Source of the DNA: a candidate division WOR-3 bacterium
Lineage (GTDB): Bacteria; Hydrothermota; Tepidihabitantia; Tepidihabitantales; JAOUPE01
Direction of reading: 5' to 3'
Length of the DNA: 21,689 nucleotides
Assembly: GCA_039801565.1 (NCBI GenBank)
Contig: JBDRUX010000036.1
Coordinates: forward strand, 1 to 21,689
Within the stretch, counting starts at the first letter, position 1, and each line of letters begins with the position of its first letter. Positions 1 to 8,081 of the stretch are shown here, piece after piece. The position numbers and the translations under genes were made by a program. The notes under the pieces were generated by a model. It had not been told where the DNA came from and ran no database searches. It saw nothing but the letters and a program-made list of their open reading frames with translations.

Positions 1-3000
1 ATTATTTTCACTAATCCCTAAAATTTATCCTGGAATCACTGATTTTATGATGCGTCGAAAAATAGTTCAAACTGGTTCAATTGTTTAAATTGTTGTGCGA
101 TAAATTGCGCCGCAACAACTTTTGATGATCTTCACCAATTCCTAACCCTATCTACTAAATCACTGATTTTGGGGCTGCCCAGTAGGCTACCTGGGGAGCT
201 GGTTTGTATATTGACTCATTATTATTTTTACCAGCACCTAACCACTATTCACTAATTTTAGGATAACCTCGGATAACTTCAGAAGTTGGCTATCTCAATT
301 ATCCTACTTGTTTGGCAATTTTTATTTCAATACGACCGCCTTTTTCAATAGAGATTTATTATTTGCTAAGAGCTCATAGAAATAGATACCAGCGGAAACC
401 GTTTTGCCGTTATTATCCCTTCGATCCCAGCAAGCCACATAATTGCCAGGCTTAACCATTCCATCAACGAGTGTTTTTACCAATCTTCCTGTTTCATCAT
501 AGACTTTGAGACTAATCTTTAATTCAACTGGAATTTCATAGCATATCGTCATTATCCCTTTTGTCGGGTTTGGGCGATTCTGGTAGAGATTTAACCTTTT
601 GGTTCGTTGCAAAATATTGGTTTTATCGTTTATACTGGTTGAATTAACTCGAACCAGGAAGATTGACCGGTTATCATTCCATCGGTCGTTTAATTCATAA
701 TCACAGACATAAACTATCAAGTTACCAAACGGTGAAATATCAGGATATTCACGCACCGCATCACCTTCGGTTAGTTCAGTTTCGATACTCGATTGCATCA
801 TATACTGACAGATGTGACTTTCATGCGATTCAACCCACTTTACATATGCAATCCAATTGCCATCAGGTGAAACCTTTGGATTTTCATGGCCACAAGCTTC
901 AGTGGTCAAAGCTGTTTCTTCACTGCCATCTGAGAAAATCCTGTAGATTTGGCGATAGCCGTTATTATCTTCTTTTTTTTCATATACTAACCAATTGCCA
1001 TCAGGAGCGATACAAGGATTAGTATTGTCATTAATATCATTAGTTAATTTAGTTTCTTCGTGCGTTGCGATTAACATCTTGCAGATTTGATAGGTTCCGT
1101 TTATAAGCTTTTGATATGCCAACCACTCACCATTTGGTGACCACTGGGGAAATCGGACATCGCATCCGTCATTGGTCAATGGTTCTTCATAACTGCCGTC
1201 GGCCTCGACTAAATATAGGCTATGATAGCCCACCCATTTGGTAAAGATAATAAATTCTCCGTCCGGGGACCACTTTGGGGTGGCACAAATACCGGTGGCT
1301 AACACCATGCCATCGGTTCCATCACTTCGCATCTTGTAAATTTCACCGTCTCTTATGCAGACAATCCATTCGCCATCAGGCGACCATTGGGGATTAGTAT
1401 AACTAAATGTATCATTAGTCAATTGAATTTCGTCACCGCCTCGAATCGAAATTTTGTAGAGTTGATAGCTACCGGTAGTATCTAATTTTTGATAGCTAAC
1501 CCAATTGCCATCCGGTGAAATTGCTGGAAATGCATTGTCTAAAGAATCGAGCACGATACCAACTTCGCCTTCGCCGAGTGGAGTACCTGGATCTCTTTTG
1601 ACCACTGTATCTGGTTTACCGTTATCGCTGTAGTCACCACCCGCTTGCAAAGCGTAATTCCAAAAATCGCGTTCATTATCGCCTCTCAAACCATAGATAC
1701 TCCCTTTATGGAAAGTAATTGCACCGCCTCGACCAACCGGTGATGGAGTAAAGGCACGGTACTGCCAAGAATTGGAACTTGGATTGAAAATCCAGAATTC
1801 ATTTGTCTCTTTACCTCGGAACGCGAAAATTTTGTTGTTGACTGTATCATAAGCCAAACTACCGCCGCGCCCAACCGTTGCCGGTGTTGAGTTTAATGTA
1901 GTCCAAGTATTACTATTTATTTGATAGCGATAAAAAGACGGTTCGTTACTGCCCCTTAATGCATAGAGGTAATTGTTGTGGTCCCAGACTAATGCCCCAC
2001 CCCAACCAATCTTTCCCGGCGTCTCGGTTAGATTCTCCCAAGAATTGGTTGATATTCGATATCGGTAGAATGATTTTTTCTCGTTTCCTCTCAGGGCGTA
2101 TAGGTAATCGCCACCAGCCCAAACCAATGCTCCGCCCCAGCCGATTTTTTCCGGAGTATTTGCTAACCATTGCCAAGCGTTGGTTTTCAAATTGTAACGG
2201 TAGAACCTTTTGCTTGCCCCGCCCTCTAACATATAGATAAGACTATCGCCTGCCCAAGCTAAAGCAGCTCCTCGCTCTGCATCATTAGGCGGCGACGCCA
2301 TTGGTTGTCTTCTGGCGAATAGCGGAGAAATGCCATATTTGGATAACCGGTCAAGGCATATAGTTTATCCGCGGTGGCAGTAATTGCACCTCCAGTCTTT
2401 ACTGCTGCTAAAGCCCGCTCTTTATTAATCCAAGTATTAGCAACAACTTGAAAGGTAGCAACCGCAGTATCATTAGCTCGATTTTCATCGTTAATTAATT
2501 TTGCGTATGACTTTATCGTATGATTACCAACTGTTGCCAGCCATTCATCAAACTTAACAATCGCCGATTTTGCTGGTGGTAAAGCTACATAAGCTGAATC
2601 GGAATAGAGTTCATCAATCCTACAGAATACCTTAAGCGTTTCTTGGTAGTTACCAAAATTACTAACTATAACCTTAGGTCTTTGCCGGGTGTTATTAGGA
2701 ATTATGCCACTTGGTACTCTCACTTCCGTCACTCCGATGTCGTGCTCAAAGCCAGGAAGCCCGAAGACTCTAATATTGTCTACTGCCCAGAAGTCAATCC
2801 TATTCACACCCCCGGTATAAACCCAGGCAAATTTTACCCTTGGTTGTTCGGCAGCCCAACTCGTAATATTGAATGATTCGACCCCAGGACCGAAATCACT
2901 TCCTGCATAATCTTTAATCAGATAAGGAAAAGTGGCACCGCCATTGATTGAACCAACCAATTTTGCGGTATAGCTATCAATTCTGTGGTCAAAATAAGTG

Positions 3001-3132
3001 CTACAGCGCAGAATTGCAGTGGTGCAATTGGCTAAATTTATCACCGGGCTAATTAGCGATTCAATTGTGATGCCACCGGTGAAATCCCAATCCAGTAGCG
3101 CATAAGGCGTCGGATTAGTCACCCAAGGCGAC

Positions 3133-3167
3133 CCAGTTTTTCGATGCCAGCAGGTGCGAAAAACTGG
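3133..3167. repeat. Perfect 11-bp inverted repeat with a 13-nt spacer at the +1 frameshift
   Basis: CCAGTTTTTCG (3133-3143) and CGAAAAACTGG (3157-3167). Confidence 0.95.
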
Positions 3168-3222
3168 CTAATTGGAAAAAGACGCGCCAGCCAGCTGGTG
3201 GCCATATCGTTCGTCTTCCTTC

Positions 3223-3351
3223 GCAGGCACAACAGCCATCGCAACTGTTGGAACAAACACAGCAACCGGGACAAGGACCGCCACAGAGACAACAGCGGTG
3301 GCTATGGCCGGCACAAATACAGCAATAACCGCAAGGGTCGTTTGGGGTGCA
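3223..3351 (-). repeat. Cys-rich coding repeat, four ~10-aa units each with CCxC (16 Cys in 43 aa)
   Basis: Translation CTPND-PCGYCCICAG-HSHRCCLCGG-PCPGCCVCSN-SCDGCCAC, 30-nt period. Confidence 0.85.
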
Positions 3352-4779
3352 GATTTGCCCCGGCCCGGGAGAATTATTGAAATCTTCATCTGCCCTTAGA
3401 CCATCTTCGTTACTGCCGCTACCACCGCCTTCCTCAATAACAAAGAATTGATTGATAGCTACATTATTGGAAGGATTCTCATCATTGGCTAACAAGGTAT
3501 AGCAATAAGCTCTATGAGTACCTCCATTAGTTGGTATCCAAGATGGAAAGTTAATTTCTAAAACATGACCAGCCAAAAGAGAGATATTCTGTTCCATATA
3601 ATAAACCTGCGCATTCATACTATCCGTAATCTGAAAACACACCTTAAAGGTTTCGTTGAAATTACCGTAGTTTTTAATAGTCGCCTTAGGTGTAATCGGA
3701 ACATTCTTATAAATCATCCCTTGGGGCGGACTGATTATTCCTTCCACTCCGACATCGTGTCTATTTCTAACCTTGACCAATCGGTTGCAATAAGAGTGAT
3801 TGAGCGTATGGTCATAAGCGTTCACCTCAATCCAATATTCACCATTAACAAAATCAGTAGTGCGCCAGCAACCATTTAACTCAGCATTGGTCAGAATATA
3901 AAAGAAGGCGCGTTTATTGTAATTGCCCTCCGAATTACAGACACCGTTATTTTTATATATCTGATGAATGAGCGCATCCGGTGGCAAAGAGCCGTTAAAA
4001 TGCAGGACTTCAGTTGGTCCAACGACTATTTTACCCGTTTTATTTTCTCTAATCTGGTAAGTTATCTTATAAGGACTTAAGGTATCCCAAACCGAATTCG
4101 GAAGACCCGGCAGGAACAAATCGGCGATTCGACAAACAATATCAACATCGCCGTATAATGAATCAGCATTTCGATAATAAACCGAAGCATCATCTTTACA
4201 AAAGGCGAAACAGTCGTTGCCGTGTGGGGCAGGAAATGATGTAAAGATTGGCGGATGGTTATCAGAATTTGGCGCAAGCAACTCCAATGGGTTTGCAATA
4301 GCGCAACCAGTAATGTCAGCTCTCGTTAAATGAAGATGGTCGAAATCATTGGGTTTCGGCCAATCGTAAATTCTAGCAATCGAGTCGTATATCTCGATTT
4401 CTTGTCCGATGCTAACAAAAATATAATCAGAGTCCAAATGGCAATACTGCCAATCACAATTTGCATTATCATTTCTAATGACAATTGTCCAGTATGCTGG
4501 GTGTCGAAAAAAGGACGGATTACGAATTTCCACTACAAAACCCGTTTCAATCGAATAAACTTTGGTTCCCGCCAAAGCCATTATATCAACTCCAGTATGA
4601 AAATAAGGCTCGGTACGAAGAGGCGATTGGTAATTCTGATATTCGCCGTAGTTATTCCCTATTTGATGGGGTTGGTGAAATGGCTCTAATGGCCAAGGAC
4701 CCGAAACGGTAGTATTAACTATAAGTAGTAGGACACAAACAAACCAAACAGATTTTTAGACATAAGGCATTTTTGTCCC

Positions 4780-5829
4780 TCATTTCACCTCAAATTTGTA
4801 TATCTCATTTAAAGTTTTAATATAAAGAAATTTGCCGTCTTCTGTTATATCAACGTTCGGTGTCCAGATGTTCCACTCAGTGTACCCTATCTTCTGTTCC
4901 GCTAATTTATTCCCTTCTCTGTTAAAAAGATAAACATAGCCATAGGAATGTGTTTTTGGGTCGTTTTTTACATTGTAATCTAAACCAACAGCTACAATTT
5001 CACCATAAAAAGACAGGTCTAACGATGCAAAACTGAGACTTTCTACTTTATCGAACTGCCACAGTTTTTTAGTCTTCTCGATTTCAAAAAGGCTGATATT
5101 GTTACGAGTTAGATAAGCTAAATATTCGCCATCCGGCGATATGCGCATTCCTCCGAGAAGTGGATGCGATTCGATAGTTTCCTTGCCAATAAACTCCCCA
5201 TTGCGATAGAATCGCAGTTCTTTCTGATAAAAAACTACGAGGCTTTTAAAATCAGGCGAGGCAACGAAATCTTTACAGGGTCCATAATTCTGTATAAGAT
5301 TTCCCTTGGTATCAAAGAGCAAAAGGTCATTTTCTTCAGTTCTAACAAGTAAATAACCAACGTCGGCTAGAAAATCACCCTTGCCACTATATCTTAACTT
5401 TTCAGTGTGTCTTATTAAATTTCCCTTTTGATCGTAAAACGAAAATGATGTTAACCCAAATGAATATTCACTACTGGGAGAAATCTTCTCTGCTATTACA
5501 TAGCCATCATTGGTGATTTGAAAACCACATTCAATAGGGTGCGTTTTTTCCCAAAGAATATTTCCTTTCGAATCCATTAACGCAAATTTCTTAACTTCGG
5601 GACCAAACTCAGTGTATTCTCCGTAAACAACAATTCCTTTGAACTTACCATTTTTGGATTTTATCTCTTGGACATCGCTCCATTGCTCCTTCTCAATTGG
5701 TTGTTTCGAAATCAACCTTAACTCAACTCCTTTTGTCTCCTGGGGGTATGCCACTTCAAGCAATAATGTCGTGGCAAGCATTGCCAGTCCAAAAAGGACT
5801 GTTCTGTTGAAGTTTTTGGGTTTAACCAT
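4780..5829 (-). CDS. Secreted WD40/PQQ-like beta-propeller protein (349 aa; start moved from 5922 to ATG 5829)
   Basis: AAGGAGGG precedes ATG 5829. Signal peptide MVKPKNFNRTVLFGLAMLATTLLLEVAYP-Q. Repeated D-x-x-GN(L/I)(L/I) and (I/L)SxDG/TxDG blade motifs. The stop lies 9 nt before ATG 4770. Confidence 0.8.
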   Translation of the reverse strand: MVKPKNFNRTVLFGLAMLATTLLLEVAYPQETKGVELRLISKQPIEKEQWSDVQEIKSKNGKFKGIVVYGEYTEFGPEVKKFALMDSKGNILWEKTHPIECGFQITNDGYVIAEKISPSSEYSFGLTSFSFYDQKGNLIRHTEKLRYSGKGDFLADVGYLLVRTEENDLLLFDTKGNLIQNYGPCKDFVASPDFKSLVVFYQKELRFYRNGEFIGKETIESHPLLGGMRISPDGEYLAYLTRNNISLFEIEKTKKLWQFDKVESLSFASLDLSFYGEIVAVGLDYNVKNDPKTHSYGYVYLFNREGNKLAEQKIGYTEWNIWTPNVDITEDGKFLYIKTLNEIYKFEVK

Positions 5830-6042
5830 TTCTACCCTCCTTTGTTTCGGTGGCTTATAAACTCTCTCTTTTCTCTCTACCACCAAAGAGAAAGGTTTCA
5901 AGATAATTATAAAGAGAAACATAATTTAGCCTCTTATTTTCAGTTTTTCAAACCAATCGCCAAAAATGACCTATCCGACTTGAGAAAAGTACCTTACCGA
6001 CGCCGAGTCTCAATTTCGGATTTTCAAAAAGCAATCTCGCAA

Positions 6043-6519
6043 TTAGTATAGCAATGAATTGGCAATTGTCAAGTTTTTTGTTTTTGTCGAATTGATTACT
6101 GTTGGAATAGCGTGAAAACTTGGCATTGAACATAAGATTCGGTTTAAATTCTTGCCGAACAGCCTATCTAAATAAAATAAATGACTTTGACAGCGACAAT
6201 CACTACAACCGAAACCTTTAATTATCTTGAATTTTTGCGCAAGAATTTTAGCAATTTGGCATTCTAACTTTCTTGAAGATGGAAAAAGTTTTGCATCAAC
6301 AAATTGAAATCTTTTAGTTAGATAATCAATATGCCAACGAATCTTCTTCTGTTTTCGCTTATGTCTTAAAACCCTTTGTTCAAGATTTTTCATTCCCGAG
6401 CCAACATAAAAATAATAACCTCGAAGAAAATTAATCTTACCCAACTTGCCAATTCTTACTGGTTGTTTTTTAGGATTGAAAAGGATTAATAAATAAGCAC
6501 CAGTCCTATTTACCTCCAA
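6043..6519 (-). CDS. GIY-YIG (Uri superfamily) nuclease, DUF123 family
   Basis: GAYLL...GYYFYVGSG...RVLRH...WHIDYL...LEC...GFGCSDCRCQSHLFY. Start overlaps the hutI end by 14 nt. Confidence 0.85.
   Translation of the reverse strand: MEVNRTGAYLLILFNPKKQPVRIGKLGKINFLRGYYFYVGSGMKNLEQRVLRHKRKQKKIRWHIDYLTKRFQFVDAKLFPSSRKLECQIAKILAQKFKIIKGFGCSDCRCQSHLFYLDRLFGKNLNRILCSMPSFHAIPTVINSTKTKNLTIANSLLY
6045..6072 (-). promoter_or_regulatory. Sigma70-type promoter for the propeller/peptidase unit
   Basis: TTGACA (6072-6067), 16-nt spacer ending TGC, TATACT (6050-6045); extended -10. Confidence 0.7.
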
Positions 6520-7726
6520 ATTTTACAACTTTCCCTTTTCGGATTACAGTCTTGATAAAATTTCTACCGAATTGGTAGGGAATATGCTGATAACTTGGAA
6601 CATCAAGGATTATAATATCCGCCTGTTTGCCGACCGCAAGGGAACCGACCTTGTTTTCCAGTCCAAGGGCTTTAGCACTATTGAGCGTTGCCCCAATCAA
6701 TGCCTCAGGTATGGTTAATCGGTAAAGAAGGCAGGCTAAGGCTATGACAATCGGCATCGGATAAATCATACTTGTGCCAGGATTGTAGTCACTACCCAAG
6801 GCAATTCTTAAACCCAACCTTCGCATTTTCGCAACCGGGGGGCGGTCTTTTGATTGTAAGAATAAAGCAGTTGTTGGTAATAGCACCGCGGTGACATCTT
6901 TTTCTTTCATCTTTTTAAGACCGGTTAGCGAAGGGTAGAGTAAATGTTCAGCGGAAATTGCTCCAACTTCGCCAGCAACTTCGGCACCACCCGATTGTTC
7001 AATCTCGTCAGCATGAATCTTGGGAATTAAGCCATACTCTTTGGCGCATTCAAGGATTTCTTTGGCTTCTTGGGCATTGAAGACAAAGTTTTCACAAAAG
7101 ACATCACAAAATTTTGCCAATCTTTCTCTTGCCACCATTGGAATCATCTTTTCTTTAATCTCATCAATATAATCTCTTTTCTTTTTACCGGTTGGGATAG
7201 TGTGGGCACCTAAAAAGGTCGGAACAATAGTTATTTTATCGTCTGCTTGTAACCGTTTAATCACTCTTAAGATTTTCAGTTCTTGCTCGGTTTCTAATCC
7301 ATAACCTGATTTAATCTCAACCGTAGTTGTTCCCCATTCAAGTAATCTTTCGATTCTTTCGAAAGCGAGTTTATAAAGTTCTTCTTCGGTTGCCTTTCGA
7401 GTTTGGCGCACGGTTGCCATAATCCCGCCACCGGCTTTTAAGATTTCTTGGTAGGTTTTACCCGCCAATCGCATCTCAAATTCGTTAGCCCGGTCACCGG
7501 CGAAGACGAGATGGGTATGACAATCAACAAAACCTGGCATCACCACACAGCCCGAAGCATCAATTACAAATTCCGAATTCCGAATTCCGAATTTCGAATT
7601 TGGTGGAATCGCTTCAATTTTACCATCTTGGATGACAATTGTGCCGTTCTCAATAATTCCCAGACTATCTTCTTGAATGGTCAATATTTGCTTGGCATTT
7701 TTAATAACAAGCGATTGTTTTGTCAT
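6506..7726 (-). CDS. hutI: Imidazolonepropionase
   Basis: PGFVDCHTHLVFAGDRANEF, GGGIMATV, GTTTVEIKSGYGL, FLGAH, CDVFCE, KIHADE, SAEHL, GSDYNPG. Confidence 0.96.
   Translation of the reverse strand: MTKQSLVIKNAKQILTIQEDSLGIIENGTIVIQDGKIEAIPPNSKFGIRNSEFVIDASGCVVMPGFVDCHTHLVFAGDRANEFEMRLAGKTYQEILKAGGGIMATVRQTRKATEEELYKLAFERIERLLEWGTTTVEIKSGYGLETEQELKILRVIKRLQADDKITIVPTFLGAHTIPTGKKKRDYIDEIKEKMIPMVARERLAKFCDVFCENFVFNAQEAKEILECAKEYGLIPKIHADEIEQSGGAEVAGEVGAISAEHLLYPSLTGLKKMKEKDVTAVLLPTTALFLQSKDRPPVAKMRRLGLRIALGSDYNPGTSMIYPMPIVIALACLLYRLTIPEALIGATLNSAKALGLENKVGSLAVGKQADIIILDVPSYQHIPYQFGRNFIKTVIRKGKVVKFGGK
7569..7603. repeat. Five tandem heptamers inside hutI
   Basis: AATTCCG x3, AATTTCG, AATTTGG; encodes PNSKFGIRNSEF on the minus strand. 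Confidence 0.9.
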
Positions 7727-7732
7727 TGGTTC

Positions 7733-7761
7733 AATATAAATAACAATTTACTCACTGTCAA
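7733..7761 (-). promoter_or_regulatory. hutI promoter, probably giving a leaderless mRNA
   Basis: TTGACA (7761-7756), 17 nt, TATATT (7738-7733), 6 nt, ATG 7726; no SD. Confidence 0.65.
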
Positions 7762-8034
7762 CCAAATGAGTTATTAGATATTGGTTGTTTGTTGTTAGAC
7801 TAAAGGCTAAAAATTACTCGGCAATAATAATCTTTTTCGTTATCCTGTAATCCTTGGTCTTAGGGAATAAATTCTTAAAGCAAGTGGGTTATTGAAGAGA
7901 ATGTATCTTTGGAATCAAATCCATCCTTCATTGAGGAATGTCGGCTTTTAATACTATGAAATAACTTCCCAGAGCAACTCTTAAAGTTACTTTAACTTAA
8001 AATTAAACAATGACTTGTTCAATTGCGATTGGTC

Positions 8035-8075
8035 TTGACCTTTACCATCCTTTTATTTAGTATTGACCAAAGGAG
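8035..8075 (+). promoter_or_regulatory. Promoter and RBS of the aldehyde dehydrogenase gene
   Basis: TTGACC (8035-8040), 17 nt, TAGTAT (8058-8063); AGGAG at 8071-8075. Confidence 0.55.
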
Positions 8076-8081
8076 TTAGAA

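Larger units (their letters stand above)
322..4770 (-). pseudogene. Disrupted ~1,480-aa secreted multidomain M23-family metallopeptidase (signal peptide, M23, CARDB-like, Cys-insert sandwich domain, CARDB-like, kelch x6, TolB/PD40 x7, FlgD-Ig/T9SS-like C-terminal domain); appears as ORFs 3115-4581, 2259-3122 and 322-2301
   Basis: The 3115-4581 frame stays open upstream to a TAA at 4756-4758 and reads KSVWFVCVLLLIVNTTVSGPWPLEP...YGEYQNY...YFHTGVDIMALAGTKVY, giving HxxxD, with YCHLD and DHLHL (HxH) downstream as in M23 zinc sites. The 2259-3122 frame extends upstream as CWHRKTGSPWVTNPTPY. Kelch blade 1 lies in ORF 2259-3122 and blades 2-6 in ORF 322-2301. Seven P-x-x-(S/A)P(D/N/F)G repeats precede the tail LYQNRPNP...WDRRDNNG...AGIYFY...KKAVVLK. 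Confidence 0.85.

Noticed and set aside
1..300. CRISPR array in the left-end repeats
   Set aside because: Copies are degenerate and unevenly spaced, and no cas genes are present.
3168..3185. Programmed frameshift at GUC UUU UUC just before the 11-bp hairpin
   Set aside because: The heptamer is not a canonical X XXY YYZ; the -1 frame stops at a TGA near 3120, and the needed +1 frame hits the TAG at 3168-3170 if entered here.
3168..3399. ORFs 3168-3389 (-), 3172-3399 (+) and 3144-3380 (+) with repetitive Val/Ala, Thr/Ala or Arg/Asn content
   Set aside because: Alternative readings of the Cys-codon repeat; the Cys frame is continuous with EDF...WPPAGW and the flanking domains.
5830..5922. N-terminal extensions in the ORF track (5922, also 18324 and 11289)
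   Set aside because: Internal ATGs at 5829, 18231 and 11274 begin clear signal peptides; the first two have strong SD sites, and the 18324 and 11289 starts lie within or right against predicted promoters.
6043..6519. GIY-YIG gene as a homing endonuclease or mobile element
   Set aside because: It is the stand-alone DUF123 type; no intron, terminal repeats or target duplication is visible.
7959..7994. Weak 12-nt periodicity (AAATAACTTCCC AGAGCAACTCTT AAAGTTACTTTA), with similar hints at 171-206
   Set aside because: Too degenerate to separate from chance by eye.
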